A stretch of 60,478 nucleotides of DNA from an uncultured Agitococcus sp. (GTDB lineage Bacteria > Pseudomonadota > Gammaproteobacteria > Pseudomonadales > Moraxellaceae): the NCBI RefSeq assembly GCF_937920075.1, contig NZ_CALETI010000172.1:1-60478 (forward strand), given 5' to 3'. This document shows, one piece after another, positions 1-11,768 of the stretch (its first letter is position 1; every line of letters starts with the position of its first letter). A program made the translations under genes and the position numbers. A model generated the notes under the pieces. It was not told the DNA's origin and searched no databases. It saw nothing but the letters and a program-made list of their open reading frames with translations.

Positions 1-1
1 T

Positions 2-454
2 TCTGGCTATAAAACATGGGGTATTTATTACAGCTCGCTCAATATTCAAGACGATTATAGTGTGACGACAAATTGGGATTTATATAGCAAATGGACAAAA
101 GTTAAAAATCACTTAGCCAATGCCAGCCAAGGCAGTTATGGCACTATTTATATGAATTATTTGAGTGCCTCTGGTGGTTCATTTCCCTATTTTATTGCCT
201 CTGGTAATAGCTCGCCACAAACGGGAGCTCCGTTATTATCAACAGGTTTAACCACCCCAGGTTTTAAATCGTCTTATCCAGACTTTCCGCGTGTCGCTTG
301 TTTTATTGGCATTTGTACCATTGCTTTTGAAGGCACAAATCGTTTGGCGAGTGAACGTTTAGCAGGCACTACTTATGGTCGTGTTGGTATTTTAATGACC
401 GATTTTCCCGGTAAGCAATTAATCCAAAATACCATTAGTCATAACTTTCGCTAA
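2..454 (+). CDS. Phosphatidylinositol-specific phospholipase C-like protein, C-terminal part (5' truncated by the window)
   Basis: Frame is open from position 2 (SGYKTWGIYYSSLNIQDDYSVTTNW...). IQDDY, YMNYLSASGG and GILMTDFPG..LI match the C-terminus of bacterial PI-PLC domains. Confidence 0.7.
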   Translation, partial: SGYKTWGIYYSSLNIQDDYSVTTNWDLYSKWTKVKNHLANASQGSYGTIYMNYLSASGGSFPYFIASGNSSPQTGAPLLSTGLTTPGFKSSYPDFPRVACFIGICTIAFEGTNRLASERLAGTTYGRVGILMTDFPGKQLIQNTISHNFR

Positions 455-506
455 TAGTTTGGTCTTTAAATAGATAAAATTAATTGGATAGCCTTTAGAG
501 AAAGAT

Positions 507-544
507 GCTTTTAAACAAATTGAATTTGCAATTTGTTTAAAAGC
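507..544. terminator. Perfect 16-bp inverted repeat, probable terminator/stem-loop after the PI-PLC gene
   Basis: gcttttaaacaaattg (507-522) / caatttgtttaaaagc (529-544). Confidence 0.5.
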
Positions 545-565
545 TATCCATATTTATTAAAGACA

Positions 566-674
566 TAGGACTGACGTGTTTTACCCAAACTAACACATCT
601 TGTGAGCGTGAAACCGTTACTTCGACTATGCTCAATTGAAATGCAAACAAATAGTGATAGTTGTGTAAGTCTTA
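566..674 (-). mobile_element. MITE-like element, TAGGACTTACGCA family (degenerate copy with a REP-like remnant inside)
   Basis: Aligns over its length with the reverse complement of the 17216-17316 copy; ends taggactgacg / gtgtaagtctta; centre is cttcgactatgctca. Confidence 0.65.
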
Positions 675-758
675 AGACAATGTTTGCTACAGATTTGTCG
701 AATGATTGATAAATTTTTTAAGGTAAGGACATAGTAAGTACAATCCTAGGCCTTGGTT

Positions 759-1460
759 ATGTTTAAGCGTACATTATTATTGGCGAGTTTATTAGCAACA
801 ACGACGACTGCATTAGCAGCAGGTGATTTAGACGAATTACGAGACACAGGCGATAAAAAAGAATGGCGTTTATATAAAAGCGATAAACGTCATAATATTC
901 AAGTGTATGTCAAAAATGAAGAAGGTCAGGCTGTTCGTTCTTTTAGAGTAGAAGCAGTACTTGAAGCACCTGTTGAAACCTTAGCACGTATTCAGTTTGA
1001 TATTGATTCCTTTCCTCGTTGGTATTTTGCCGTCACTGAAGCAAAGTTTTTAAAGAAAATTAGTGATCGGGAATATATCTTTTATATGGTGCACGATGCG
1101 CCTGTGGGTACTCCAGATCGTGATGTTATTTTAAAAGTCACCATTGATCCAATCACCAAAAAACAGCCTTATGTGTTGTTAAAATTTGATGCCTTACCCG
1201 ATTATTTGCCAGCACGTCCGCCTTATGTGCGTATGTTGGCCGAAAACTACACCGTAAAATGGACACCAATTGATAAAAATACCACACGTCTAGAGTCTGA
1301 AGGATTTATTCATCCTGGTGGTAATGCACCAAGCTGGGCGGTTAATTTTGTTCAGGGTAAAGGCCCTTATGCTAATATGATGGGCTTAAGAAGAATGTTG
1401 TTTCTGCCGCAATATAACGACCCACAAGCACCTTTAATGTTTCCAATACGCAAAGATTAA
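759..1460 (+). CDS. Secreted START/SRPBCC-domain lipid-binding protein
   Basis: Signal peptide, then START-like motifs (PRWY, DRDVIL, YVRM, HPGGNAPSWAVN). ATG at 759 preferred over TTG at 753. Confidence 0.75.
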   Translation: MFKRTLLLASLLATTTTALAAGDLDELRDTGDKKEWRLYKSDKRHNIQVYVKNEEGQAVRSFRVEAVLEAPVETLARIQFDIDSFPRWYFAVTEAKFLKKISDREYIFYMVHDAPVGTPDRDVILKVTIDPITKKQPYVLLKFDALPDYLPARPPYVRMLAENYTVKWTPIDKNTTRLESEGFIHPGGNAPSWAVNFVQGKGPYANMMGLRRMLFLPQYNDPQAPLMFPIRKD

Positions 1461-1696
1461 CAATTGTAACTTTGGCCTTGTCCTTGCTGCGGCGTAAGTT
1501 GCAGTAGGGAAATCGGTTAAAAACTCTTATCTTCACCATCTAGAACAAATAATCATAACTGTAGTACAATATATGTAATTGTATGTAACAAAGCTTATGG
1601 ACTTTGTCTCTTTAGGCATAATCCTTGTAGGGTTGCTTTGTAAGTTGAGTTGCTGTCAAATCTATTTCCCCGCTTTGAGTGCTAGGAGTCCCCTGC

Positions 1697-2116
1697 ATGT
1701 CCCCTGTTGATGCAATGGCGCATAACTGGTCTTTTGCCATTTATATTTTTGGTATTGTTTTTATTTGCACCTTTATGTTGGCGATTCCCGTTTGGTTAGG
1801 GGGAAAAGCTAAAGGTCGTGCCACCAATGAGCCGTTTGAATCAGGTATTGTGCCAGCAGGCGGCGCACGTATTCGTTTTTCTGCCAAATTCTATTTAATT
1901 GCCATGTTTTTCGTGATTTTTGATATTGAAGCTCTGTTTTTATATGCATGGGCTGTATCAGTACGAGAAAGTGGTTGGGCCGGATTTATTGAAGCTTTCA
2001 TTTTTATTTTTGTCTTGTTAGCAGGTTTGGTTTATATCTGGAAGTTGGGCGCATTGGATTGGACTGCCGAAGCACGTCGCCGTAAACAAAAGCCTCGCCA
2101 ACAAACCTTATCTTGA
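1697..2116 (+). CDS. nuoA: NADH-quinone oxidoreductase subunit A
   Basis: [29 protein letters not shown] before ATG 1697; first gene of the nuo operon. Confidence 0.97.
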   Translation: MSPVDAMAHNWSFAIYIFGIVFICTFMLAIPVWLGGKAKGRATNEPFESGIVPAGGARIRFSAKFYLIAMFFVIFDIEALFLYAWAVSVRESGWAGFIEAFIFIFVLLAGLVYIWKLGALDWTAEARRRKQKPRQQTLS

Positions 2117-2127
2117 GGTTTTGACTT

Positions 2128-2799
2128 ATGGATTACACCTTAACGCGCATTGATCCAAACAATCCGCAACAGCGTTATCCTGCACCTAAAGAAATCGTTC
2201 GTGATCCTTTAGAAGAGCATGTTCATAAAAATATTTATATGGGCAAACTCGAAGACATGTTGCATGGTGCTGTTAACTGGGGGCGTAAAAACTCCTTATG
2301 GCCGTATAACTTCGGTTTGTCGTGCTGTTATGTCGAAATGGCAACTGCCTTTACTGCGCCGCATGACTTAGCCCGTTTTGGTGCAGAAGTTATTCGTGCC
2401 TCACCCCGTCAAGCTGACTTAATGGTGGTGGCAGGTACTTGTTTTATCAAGATGGCACCTGTTGTTCAACGTTTATATGAGCAAATGTTAGAGCCAAAAT
2501 GGGTTATCTCTATGGGTTCTTGTGCTAATTCGGGTGGTATGTACGATATTTATTCTGTGGTACAAGGTGTGGATAAGTTTTTGCCTGTGGATTTATACAT
2601 TCCCGGTTGTCCACCACGTCCCGAAGCCTTTTTGCAAGGTTTAATGTTATTACAAGAATCGATTGGTAAAGAACGTCGCCCATTAACATGGGTCGGTGGT
2701 GATCAAGGCGTTTATCGCCCTGTAATGCCAGCCGAGCGTGACGTTAAACAAGCGGAACGTATCCAAGTCACCAACTTGCGTACTCCAGACCAAGTCTAA
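2128..2799 (+). CDS. nuoB: NADH-quinone oxidoreductase subunit B
   Basis: [25 protein letters not shown]. Confidence 0.98.
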   Translation: MDYTLTRIDPNNPQQRYPAPKEIVRDPLEEHVHKNIYMGKLEDMLHGAVNWGRKNSLWPYNFGLSCCYVEMATAFTAPHDLARFGAEVIRASPRQADLMVVAGTCFIKMAPVVQRLYEQMLEPKWVISMGSCANSGGMYDIYSVVQGVDKFLPVDLYIPGCPPRPEAFLQGLMLLQESIGKERRPLTWVGGDQGVYRPVMPAERDVKQAERIQVTNLRTPDQV

Positions 2800-2962
2800 A
2801 TTAAGCGTTTTACGAGTGTTTACCGACGGTTAGGTAGCCAACGATAAGATTTAGTATTGTCTATACTCAAGCTTTAAGCGTGGGTGTGGACAATAAAGGC
2901 TAAGTCTCAGAGAGTTGCATGCCAGTAATCATGGAAGCGCTCATCAAGTGATGATTTGATAG

Positions 2963-4726
2963 ATGGCCGAACATACTGCTGATACCCAGTTGCCTGAAGT
3001 GGTGCGTGAGTTATACGCCCAATTTGGTGCCGAAACTTTTGTGCTGCAAGCGACTAAAGATGATGTTCCAACCTTATGGGTGGGGCGTGATAAATTAGTC
3101 GAAGTCTTGCGTTTTTTGCGTCACGTTTCCCGCCCTTATAGCATGTTATATGACTTAAGTGCGATGGATGAACGCTTACGTCAACATCGTTATGGTTTGC
3201 CTGCGGCTGACTTTACCGTGTTCTATCATTTACTCTCTATTGAGCGTAATAGTGATGTGCGGATTAAAGTCGCATTATCTGCTGATAGCTTACATGTACC
3301 GTCCGTTATTAACATTTGGCCAAATGCCAACTGGTATGAGCGTGAAGTGTGGGACTTATTTGGTATTGAGTTTGATGGCCACCCTCTGTTAGTGCGTATT
3401 ATGTTGCCACGTACATGGACAGGTCATCCTTTACGCAAAGATTATCCAGCACGTGCTACCGAATTTGATCCGTTCATGCTCGATGCCGCCAAACAAGATG
3501 CTGAGCAAGAAGCCTTACGTTTTAACCCTGAAGAGTGGGGCATGAAACGTGGCACCAAAGATGAGGACTTTATGTTCCTCAACTTAGGTCCTAACCATCC
3601 TTCTGCACATGGTGCGTTTCGTATCGTCTTGCAATTAGATGGTGAAGAAATCATTGATTGTGTACCAGATATTGGTTATCACCATCGTGGCGCAGAAAAA
3701 ATGGCCGAACGCCAATCATGGCATAGTTTTATTCCTTATACCGACCGTATCGACTACCTCGGTGGGGTAATGAACAACTTGCCCTATGTCTTGGCTGTTG
3801 AAAAGTTGGCAGGAATTAAAGTGCCTGCACGCGTACAAACCATTCGGGTGATGATGGCGGAATTCTTCCGTATTACCAGTCATTTATTGTTCTTGGGTAC
3901 ATATATTCAAGACGTGGGCGGCATGACCCCCATTTTCTTTATGTTTACCGACCGTATGAAGGCTTACGATGTCATCGAGGCGATTACAGGCGGTCGTATG
4001 CACCCTGCATGGTTCCGTATTGGTGGTGTTGCCCACGATTTACCGCAAGGTTGGGACAGATTAGTCCGTGAGTTTGTCGAATGGTTGCCAAAACGTTTGG
4101 ATGAATACGTCAAAGCCGCGATTAAAAATGGTATTTTGCGTGCCCGTACCATTGGGACTGCCCAATACAACAGCGAACAAGCTATTGCATGGGGTGTGAC
4201 AGGTGCGGGTTTACGTGCCACAGGTATTGATTACGATTTGCGTAAAGCACGTCCATACTCTGGTTATGAAAACTTTGACTTTGAAGTGCCAATTGCCCAT
4301 AACGGCGATGCCTACGACCGTTGTTTGGTGCGTATCGAAGAAATGCGTCAAAGTATTCGTATTATCAAGCAGTGTTTAGAAAATATGCCTGCAGGTGATT
4401 ATAAGGCTGACCATCCGTTAACCTGTCCACCACCCAAAGAAAAAACCTTACAACACATTGAAACCTTGATTACCCACTTCTTGAGTGTATCGTGGGGGCC
4501 AGTCATGCCCGCAGGTGAAGCCAGTCAAATGATTGAGGCAACCAAAGGTATCAATAGTTACTACTTAACCAGCGATAACGCCACCATGAGTTATCGTACA
4601 CGGATTCGTACACCCAGTTTTGCCCATTTACAGCAAATTCCATCGGTGATTAATGGCAGCATGATTCCAGATTTGATTGCTTATTTAGCCAGTATCGACT
4701 TTGTGATGGCTGACGTTGACCGTTAA
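2963..4726 (+). CDS. nuoC: NADH-quinone oxidoreductase subunit C/D (fused)
   Basis: NWYEREVWD and GHPLRKD (NuoC) plus [15 protein letters not shown] and terminal DVDR (NuoD). Confidence 0.98.
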   Translation: MAEHTADTQLPEVVRELYAQFGAETFVLQATKDDVPTLWVGRDKLVEVLRFLRHVSRPYSMLYDLSAMDERLRQHRYGLPAADFTVFYHLLSIERNSDVRIKVALSADSLHVPSVINIWPNANWYEREVWDLFGIEFDGHPLLVRIMLPRTWTGHPLRKDYPARATEFDPFMLDAAKQDAEQEALRFNPEEWGMKRGTKDEDFMFLNLGPNHPSAHGAFRIVLQLDGEEIIDCVPDIGYHHRGAEKMAERQSWHSFIPYTDRIDYLGGVMNNLPYVLAVEKLAGIKVPARVQTIRVMMAEFFRITSHLLFLGTYIQDVGGMTPIFFMFTDRMKAYDVIEAITGGRMHPAWFRIGGVAHDLPQGWDRLVREFVEWLPKRLDEYVKAAIKNGILRARTIGTAQYNSEQAIAWGVTGAGLRATGIDYDLRKARPYSGYENFDFEVPIAHNGDAYDRCLVRIEEMRQSIRIIKQCLENMPAGDYKADHPLTCPPPKEKTLQHIETLITHFLSVSWGPVMPAGEASQMIEATKGINSYYLTSDNATMSYRTRIRTPSFAHLQQIPSVINGSMIPDLIAYLASIDFVMADVDR

Positions 4727-4730
4727 GAGC

Positions 4731-4808
4731 TGAACTTGCGTATTGCACCCCCCTCAGTCCCCCCTTGTTAAGGGGGGATGCCAAAGGCAGGGGGGTATGT
4801 AAGTTCTT
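4731..4808. repeat. Degenerate MITE shell enclosing a poly-C/poly-G palindromic cassette
   Basis: gaacttgcgtat ... tatgtaagttct ends; the interior cccccctcagtccccccttgttaaggggggatgccaaaggcagggggg is the near reverse complement of 22143-22193. Confidence 0.7.
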
Positions 4809-4824
4809 AGAGAGGCTTGAAAAA

Positions 4825-5334
4825 ATGATTATTTGTACTAGTCGCCGTCCCAAATTTACTGACGGTTATGTGATGTCCGAACAAGAGCGTCACGATATTG
4901 AACATGCGCTAGAGCATTATGAAGACTCGCGTGCGGCGTCTATTGATGCGCTAAAAATTGTGCAAAAGAAGCATGGTTGGGTACCTGACAGTGCCATTTA
5001 TGCCATTGCCGATATTATTAAAATCCCTGCGGCTGATGTCGATGGCGTTGCCACCTTTTATAACAAGATTTTTCGTAAGCCAGTCGGCAGAAACGTGATT
5101 ATGGTTTGCGACAGTATCGGTTGTTTTTTAACAGGTTATGAAGATTTAATTGCTGAAATTAAACAACAATTAAACATCGACTATGGCCAAACCACGCCAG
5201 ATAACCGTTTTACCTTATTACCCATTTGCTGTTTAGGTAACTGTGACAAAGGGCCAACGTTAATGATTAACGAAGACACCCACGGGCCAGTCAGCATCGA
5301 ACAAGTTTCTTCTTTATTGGAGCAGTACCAATGA
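4825..5334 (+). CDS. nuoE: NADH-quinone oxidoreductase subunit E
   Basis: [22 protein letters not shown] 2Fe-2S motifs. The ORF-track extension to 4765 runs through a repeat; ATG 4825 preferred. Confidence 0.96.
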   Translation: MIICTSRRPKFTDGYVMSEQERHDIEHALEHYEDSRAASIDALKIVQKKHGWVPDSAIYAIADIIKIPAADVDGVATFYNKIFRKPVGRNVIMVCDSIGCFLTGYEDLIAEIKQQLNIDYGQTTPDNRFTLLPICCLGNCDKGPTLMINEDTHGPVSIEQVSSLLEQYQ

Positions 5335-6626
5335 CAGTGGTTTCTGCCGACACTCGGCCATTAACATGGCGACTCCAGCATGGCGAGGCCATTACCGATA
5401 TTAAGACCTATGAGTCTTTAGAAGGTTATGCCGCAGTCCACAAAGCCATTAAACAGATGTCGCCACAAGACGTACAAAAACTGGTCAAAGATGCCAATTT
5501 ACGCGGACGGGGCGGTGCAGGCTTCCCCACAGGCGTAAAGTGGAGCTTGATTCCGATGGGCGAAGACGCAGGGGTAAAATACCTCGTCTGTAACGCCGAT
5601 GAAATGGAACCGGGTACATTCAAAGACCGCTTATTGATGGAAAAATTGCCCCATCAATTAGTGGAAGCGATGATTGTGGCAGGTTATGCCATTCAAGCAA
5701 CACGCGCTTATATCTTCTTGCGTGGCGAATATATTTTAGCGGCAGATCGCTTAAATGCGGCCATTGAACAAGCCAAAGCTGCAGGTTACTTAGGTAACAA
5801 TATTTTAGGCTCGGGTTGGAGTATGGATTTATATGTTCATACAGGTGCAGGGCGTTATATTTGTGGTGAAGAAACCGCATTAATTAACTCTTTAGAAGGC
5901 CGTCGTGCTAATCCACGCGCCAAACCACCGTTCCCACAAATTGCTGGGGCATGGGGTAAACCAACGATTGTTAACAACGTTGAGACCTTATGTAACATCG
6001 CACCAATCATTATGCGTGGTGCTGAATGGTTTAAAGGTTTGTCTGAAGGCAAAAGTCCCGATGCAGGCACTAAATTATATGGTGTTTCTGGTCGTGCTAA
6101 ACGTACAGGCGTTTGGGAGTTACCGATTGGCACTACCGCGCGTGAATTGTTAGAAGTGCATGCAGGCGGTATGAAAGATGGCCTTAACCTAAAATGTTGG
6201 TTACCCGGTGGCGCATCAACCGACTTTTTAATGCCCGAACATCTCGATTTAGCCATGGATTACGACACCATTATGAAAGCAGGCAGCCGTATGGGGACTG
6301 GCTTAATTATGGTGGTTGATGACAAACAAAACATGATTTCGGTATTGCGTAACCTTGAAGAATTCTTTGCACGAGAATCTTGTGGTTGGTGTACACCGTG
6401 TCGTGACGGTTTGCCGTGGGGTGTGAAAATCTTACGTGCTTTAGAACGTGGTGAAGGTCATCCAGATGATATTGAGCAGTTAAGCAAACTGACTCGTGAT
6501 TTGTGGATTGGTAAAACCTTCTGTGCTCACGCACCAGGTGCGATGGAGCCATTAATGAGTGCGCTCAAGTATTTCCGCTCTGAATTTGAACAAGGCATCG
6601 CCAAAGATGCCATGATAAATGGGTAA
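5331..6626 (+). CDS. nuoF: NADH-quinone oxidoreductase subunit F
   Basis: [36 protein letters not shown]. Confidence 0.98.
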   Translation: MTVVSADTRPLTWRLQHGEAITDIKTYESLEGYAAVHKAIKQMSPQDVQKLVKDANLRGRGGAGFPTGVKWSLIPMGEDAGVKYLVCNADEMEPGTFKDRLLMEKLPHQLVEAMIVAGYAIQATRAYIFLRGEYILAADRLNAAIEQAKAAGYLGNNILGSGWSMDLYVHTGAGRYICGEETALINSLEGRRANPRAKPPFPQIAGAWGKPTIVNNVETLCNIAPIIMRGAEWFKGLSEGKSPDAGTKLYGVSGRAKRTGVWELPIGTTARELLEVHAGGMKDGLNLKCWLPGGASTDFLMPEHLDLAMDYDTIMKAGSRMGTGLIMVVDDKQNMISVLRNLEEFFARESCGWCTPCRDGLPWGVKILRALERGEGHPDDIEQLSKLTRDLWIGKTFCAHAPGAMEPLMSALKYFRSEFEQGIAKDAMING

Positions 6627-6632
6627 ACAGGC

Positions 6633-9356
6633 ATGGCAACGATTCATGTAGATGGCAAACAGTATGATGTTGATGGTGCTGATAACCTGCTTCAAGCCTG
6701 TTTGTCTTTAGGTTTAGACATTCCTTATTTTTGTTGGCATCCTGCCTTGGGCAGTGTGGGTGCTTGTCGTCAATGTGCGGTTAAGCAATATGCTAACGCC
6801 GAAGATAAACGTGGTCGTTTGGTGATGTCTTGTATGACACCTTCCACCGACAACACCTTTATTTCGATTGATGACGAAGAAGCCAAACAATTCCGCGCCA
6901 GTGTCGTGGAATGGTTAATGACCAACCACCCACATGACTGTCCAGTTTGTGAAGAAGGTGGTCACTGTCATTTGCAAGATATGACCGTGATGACAGGTCA
7001 TGACCGTCGCCGTTATCGCTTCACGAAACGTACGCATCAAAACCAAGATTTAGGCCCGTTCATTAATCATGAAATGAACCGTTGTATCGCCTGTTATCGT
7101 TGTGTGCGTTATTACAAAGACTACGCAGGCGGCGAAGACTTGGGCGTTTATAGCGCACATGACAACGTTTACTTTGGTCGTCCTGAAGATGGCGTGTTAC
7201 AAAGTGAGTTCTCGGGTAACTTAGTTGAAGTTTGCCCAACGGGTGTGTTCACCGATAAAACACACTCTGCACGTTATAACCGTAAGTGGGATATGCAATT
7301 CGCACCGAGCGTTTGCCAACAGTGTTCTGTGGGTTGTAACACCAGTCCTGGTGAGCGTTATGGCGAATTACGTCGTATCGAAAACCGTTACAACGGTGCA
7401 GTAAACCATTACTTCTTGTGTGACCGTGGTCGTTTTGGTTACGGTTATGTCAACCGTGAAGATCGTCCGCGTCAACCGATGATTCGTCAAGGTGCAAGCT
7501 TAGCTGCCACCAGCGTTGATAATGCTTTAGATACCGCCATTGCTCAGTTAAAAGGCAAAAGAGTCTTAGGTATTGGCTCGCCACGCGCCAGCCTCGAAAC
7601 CAACTTTGCCTTACGTGAGTTGGTTGGTGCTGCCAACTTTGCGACAGGCATGACCGCGGCTGAACAAGCTCGTGTCGCCTTAGTCAGCAAAATTTTGCAA
7701 ACTGAAGGTGTTGATACGCCATCGTTACGTGCGATTGAAGATAAAGATGCAGTCTTGGTGTTGGGTGAAGATGTCACCCAAACAGCACCACGTATTGCCT
7801 TAGCTTTACGTCAAAGCATCAAAAACAAAGCAGAACAATTAGCTGCCCAGCGTAAAACCAGTGATTGGCATCAATTAGCGGTCAAAAACATTGCTCAGCA
7901 TGAGTTGTCACCGCTGTATATCACCAGTTTAAGCGGCACACGTTTAGATGATGTGGCGCAAGAAACCTGTTTTGCGGCGATTCCTGACCAAGCACGTTTA
8001 GGTTTTGCCGTAGCGCATGCGATTGATAGCAATGCACCTGCCGTCCCGAATATGAGCGTTGAAGCCTTAGCTTGGGCGAAAAAGATTGCTGAAGATTTAT
8101 TAGCAGCTGATCAACCTTTAGTTGTGGCTGGAACATCGGCAGCCAGCGAAGATTTATTGTTAGCAGCCGCTAATATTGTACAAGCATTATTAGTTAAAGG
8201 TAAAAAAGCCGCCATTACTTTAGTTGTTCCTGAAGTGAATAGCTTGGGTGTTAGCTTATTGGGTGGCCAAGACTTAGATACAGCGTTGGCGAGCTTAAAA
8301 GCAGCTCATTATGATGCAGTCGTGATTGTCGAAAACGATTTATATCGTCGTCTGCCTGCCGGTGTGGTTGATGCGGCATTACAAGCCACCAAACAAGTGA
8401 TTGTGTTGGATCATCAACAAACCGCAACCACTGACAAAGCACATATCGTCTTGTCGGCAGCTAGTTTTGCTGAGGGCGATGGCACAGTGGTTAACAACGA
8501 AGGCCGTGCCCAACGTTTCTTCCAAGTCTATGAAGCCTCTTATTACAAGCCAGAACAGCAAGTCAAAGAAGGCTGGCGTTGGTTGCATGCGGTGCAAACT
8601 GGCATTGTTGGCGCAGACATTAACTGGACACAACTAGACGAAGTGATTGATAGCTTAGTGGTGGGTGTACCAAGTTTAGCCGCCATTAAAGACGCTGCAC
8701 CTGATGCTTCGTTCCGTATTAAAGGCTTAAAACTAGCGCGTGAACCACGTCGTTATAGTGGTCGTACGGCAATGCGTGCCAACATCAGCGTCCATGAACC
8801 GCGTCAACCCCAAGACCAAGACAGTGCTTTAGCGTTCTCGATGGAAGGCTACGTTGGCACACAAAACGCAGGCGCGTTGACCGCGTTTGCGTGGGCACCA
8901 GGTTGGAACTCTCCACAAGCATGGAACAAATTCCAAGATGAAGTGGGTGGCCATTTACGTTCAGGTGATGCGGGTGTACGTTTGTTTGATAACGTGCCAC
9001 GTCAAGCGGGCGGTTATGCCAAAAACATTCCTGCTGCGTTTACCCCTGCTGCCGATAAATTCTTAGTGCAACCGATTCATCATATTTTTGGTAGCGATGA
9101 ATTATCCGCACGTGCACCAGTCATGGAAAGCCGACTTCCACAAGCTTATGTGTCTTTAGCCACCGCCGATGCTCAACGTTTGCGTGTTGCCGATCATCAA
9201 ACGGTTATTGTTGGTTTAAACATGAAATTGCTTAAATTAACCGCACGTATTGATGAAGCCCAAGCCGAAGGTACGATTGGTTTACCGATCGGTTTAGCGG
9301 GTGTGCCTGTGGTTCAAGGTAATGAATGGGTGACAGTAACAGGGGAGGGCGCATAA
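6633..9356 (+). CDS. nuoG: NADH-quinone oxidoreductase subunit G
   Basis: [40 protein letters not shown]. Confidence 0.98.
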   Translation: MATIHVDGKQYDVDGADNLLQACLSLGLDIPYFCWHPALGSVGACRQCAVKQYANAEDKRGRLVMSCMTPSTDNTFISIDDEEAKQFRASVVEWLMTNHPHDCPVCEEGGHCHLQDMTVMTGHDRRRYRFTKRTHQNQDLGPFINHEMNRCIACYRCVRYYKDYAGGEDLGVYSAHDNVYFGRPEDGVLQSEFSGNLVEVCPTGVFTDKTHSARYNRKWDMQFAPSVCQQCSVGCNTSPGERYGELRRIENRYNGAVNHYFLCDRGRFGYGYVNREDRPRQPMIRQGASLAATSVDNALDTAIAQLKGKRVLGIGSPRASLETNFALRELVGAANFATGMTAAEQARVALVSKILQTEGVDTPSLRAIEDKDAVLVLGEDVTQTAPRIALALRQSIKNKAEQLAAQRKTSDWHQLAVKNIAQHELSPLYITSLSGTRLDDVAQETCFAAIPDQARLGFAVAHAIDSNAPAVPNMSVEALAWAKKIAEDLLAADQPLVVAGTSAASEDLLLAAANIVQALLVKGKKAAITLVVPEVNSLGVSLLGGQDLDTALASLKAAHYDAVVIVENDLYRRLPAGVVDAALQATKQVIVLDHQQTATTDKAHIVLSAASFAEGDGTVVNNEGRAQRFFQVYEASYYKPEQQVKEGWRWLHAVQTGIVGADINWTQLDEVIDSLVVGVPSLAAIKDAAPDASFRIKGLKLAREPRRYSGRTAMRANISVHEPRQPQDQDSALAFSMEGYVGTQNAGALTAFAWAPGWNSPQAWNKFQDEVGGHLRSGDAGVRLFDNVPRQAGGYAKNIPAAFTPAADKFLVQPIHHIFGSDELSARAPVMESRLPQAYVSLATADAQRLRVADHQTVIVGLNMKLLKLTARIDEAQAEGTIGLPIGLAGVPVVQGNEWVTVTGEGA

Positions 9357-10357
9357 TGTTTGATTGGCTTACGCCCGAAATCGTAGCGACCTTGGTCGCT
9401 GTTGCACAAGCCGTGGTGATTTTGCTTGCCACGGTTATTTTAGCAGCTTTATTAAGTTTTATTGAGCGTCGTTTATTGGCTTGGTGGCAAGACCGTTATG
9501 GCCCAAACCGTGTTGGCCCTTATGGTATGTTCCAAATTGCTGCCGACATGCTCAAAATGTTCTTCAAAGAGGACTGGACACCGCCCTTTGCGGATAAGTT
9601 AACCTTTAGATTAGCACCAGCGATTGCCATGGGAACCGTGTTGTTGTCGATGGCGGTTGTACCGATTACACCCACATGGGGGGTAATTGATTTAAACATT
9701 GGTTTGTTATTCTTCTTTGGTATGGCAGGCTTAGCGGTTTATTCCGTGATGTTTGCGGCATGGTCATCTAATAACAAATACTCGTTATTAGGTGGTTTAC
9801 GTGCTGCCGCACAAACCTTGAGTTATGAAGTGTTTATGGGCTTAGCCTTAATGGGTGTTGTTGCCCAAGCTGGCTCGTTTAATATGCGTGAAATTGTTGA
9901 AGCCCAACAAGGTATGTGGAACATTATTCCGCAGTTCTTGGGCTTTTGTACCTTCTTAGTCGCAGGTATTGCGGTGACTCACCGTCATCCATTTGACCAA
10001 CCCGAAGCCGAACAAGAATTGGCTGACGGTTATCATATTGAATACTCTGGTATGAAATGGGGTATGTTCTTCGTGGGTGAATATGTGGCGGTAGTTGTGG
10101 TTTCAGCCATGTTAACGACCTTGTTTTTGGGTGGTTGGTTGCCATTATTTTCCTTCTTAGATTTTATTCCACCATTTCTTTGGTTTGCTGGTAAAACTGC
10201 CTTTTTCATCATGTTATTTGTGTTAGTCCGTGGCTCGTTGATGCGTCCGCGTTATGACCAAGTGATGAAATTTAGTTGGTTATTTTGTTTGCCCGTCACG
10301 TTACTCAATCTTTTAGTAACCGCCGCCGTGATTTTGACATGGGGTTCAGCAGCATGA
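9356..10357 (+). CDS. nuoH: NADH-quinone oxidoreductase subunit H
   Basis: [30 protein letters not shown] overlaps the nuoG stop. Confidence 0.98.
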   Translation: MFDWLTPEIVATLVAVAQAVVILLATVILAALLSFIERRLLAWWQDRYGPNRVGPYGMFQIAADMLKMFFKEDWTPPFADKLTFRLAPAIAMGTVLLSMAVVPITPTWGVIDLNIGLLFFFGMAGLAVYSVMFAAWSSNNKYSLLGGLRAAAQTLSYEVFMGLALMGVVAQAGSFNMREIVEAQQGMWNIIPQFLGFCTFLVAGIAVTHRHPFDQPEAEQELADGYHIEYSGMKWGMFFVGEYVAVVVVSAMLTTLFLGGWLPLFSFLDFIPPFLWFAGKTAFFIMLFVLVRGSLMRPRYDQVMKFSWLFCLPVTLLNLLVTAAVILTWGSAA

Positions 10358-10896
10358 ATTTAATTTCTATTATCAAAGGCGCAGGGACACAAGTCCGCAG
10401 TATGCTTATGGTATTTAGTCATGGCTTTCGTAAGCGTGACACCATTCAATACCCAGAAGAAAAAGTCTATTTACCACCACGTTATCGTGGTCGTATCGTC
10501 TTAACCCGCGATCCTGATGGTGAAGAGCGTTGTGTGGCCTGTAACCTGTGTGCGGTTGCTTGTCCTGTAGGTTGTATTTCCTTACAGAAAACAGAAACCG
10601 CCGATGGTCGTTGGTATCCAGAGTTTTTCCGTATTAACTTCTCACGCTGTATTTTTTGTGGCATGTGTGAAGAAGCTTGCCCAACCACCGCGATTCAATT
10701 AACACCAGACTTTGAAATGGCTGAATTTAATCGTCAAGATTTAGTGTATGAAAAAGAACACTTATTAATTTCGGGTGGCGGTAAAAATCCAGACTATAAC
10801 TTCTATCGTGTCTCAGGTATGGCGGTTGCGGGTAAAGCCAAAGGCGAAGCCCAAAACGAATCAGCTCCTGTTGACGTTAAAAGCTTGTTGCCATAA
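10354..10896 (+). CDS. nuoI: NADH-quinone oxidoreductase subunit I
   Basis: Two CxxCxxCxxxCP motifs; ATGA overlap with nuoH. Confidence 0.98.
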   Translation: MNLISIIKGAGTQVRSMLMVFSHGFRKRDTIQYPEEKVYLPPRYRGRIVLTRDPDGEERCVACNLCAVACPVGCISLQKTETADGRWYPEFFRINFSRCIFCGMCEEACPTTAIQLTPDFEMAEFNRQDLVYEKEHLLISGGGKNPDYNFYRVSGMAVAGKAKGEAQNESAPVDVKSLLP

Positions 10897-10909
10897 GCCG
10901 AGGTTAAAA

Positions 10910-11404
10910 ATGGAAATGATACTTTTTTATCTCGTTGCTGCCATTGCCGTATTTAGTACGGTGCGTGTGATTAGCAACAGCAACCCAATTCATGCGTTAT
11001 TAAACTTAGTTGTGTCTTTATTAGCCGTGGCCATGATTTTCTTTATGTTGGGTGCACCATTTGCGGGAGCGCTCGAAATCATTGTTTATGCAGGCGCAAT
11101 TATGGTGTTGTTTGTGTTTGTGGTGATGATGCTCAATTTGGGACAACACACAGTTAACCAAGAAAAGCAATGGATGAGTCCACAAGCGTGGTTTGGTGCA
11201 AGTGCTTTAGCAGGTATTTTATTAGCCGAAATGGTGTATTTGTTAAGTCAAAGCCATGACCATCAAACAGGGTATCAAATGGTTGATGCCAAAGCAGTCG
11301 GGGTGTCGTTATTTGGCCCTTATCTGTTGGTGGTCGAATTAGCCTCATTATTATTATTAGGGGCTTTAGTGGCAGCTTACCATTTAGGCAAACACGAAGA
11401 TTAA
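10910..11404 (+). CDS. nuoJ: NADH-quinone oxidoreductase subunit J
   Basis: IIVYAGAIMVLFVFVVMML; GAGG RBS before ATG 10910. Confidence 0.97.
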   Translation: MEMILFYLVAAIAVFSTVRVISNSNPIHALLNLVVSLLAVAMIFFMLGAPFAGALEIIVYAGAIMVLFVFVVMMLNLGQHTVNQEKQWMSPQAWFGASALAGILLAEMVYLLSQSHDHQTGYQMVDAKAVGVSLFGPYLLVVELASLLLLGALVAAYHLGKHED

Positions 11405-11459
11405 TTAACGATTTCAAATTAAATGGCGCAGTGCGCCTAGGCAAAAAGGCGGTACAGGT

Positions 11460-11768
11460 ATGATAGCAATACCCATGGAGCACGGTTTGGCACTCGCGGC
11501 CACGCTCTTTGTACTGGGGTTAGTTGGCGTGATTGTGCGCCGTAATATCCTCTTTATGTTGATGTGTTTAGAAGTGATGATGAATGCAGCAGCCTTAGCG
11601 TTTGTTGTTGCAGGTAGTCGTTGGGCACAACCTGATGGCCAAGTCATGTTTATCTTAATTTTAACCTTAGCTGCTGCCGAAGCTGCCATTGGCTTGGCCA
11701 TTGTGTTGCAGTTTTATCGTCGCCATCATTCGCTCGATATTGATGTGGCAAGTGAGATGCGCGGATGA
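11460..11768 (+). CDS. nuoK: NADH-quinone oxidoreductase subunit K
   Basis: [17 protein letters not shown]. Confidence 0.97.
   Translation: MIAIPMEHGLALAATLFVLGLVGVIVRRNILFMLMCLEVMMNAAALAFVVAGSRWAQPDGQVMFILILTLAAAEAAIGLAIVLQFYRRHHSLDIDVASEMRG

Noticed and set aside
2963..4726. NuoC-NuoD fusion as a novelty
   Set aside because: This fusion is the normal state in many Gammaproteobacteria.
4765..4824. N-terminal extension of NuoE (also the ORF-track extensions of PspC at 22236 and the YiaAB-like gene at 37930)
   Set aside because: These run through repeat or promoter DNA; downstream ATGs with better RBSs fit the family lengths.
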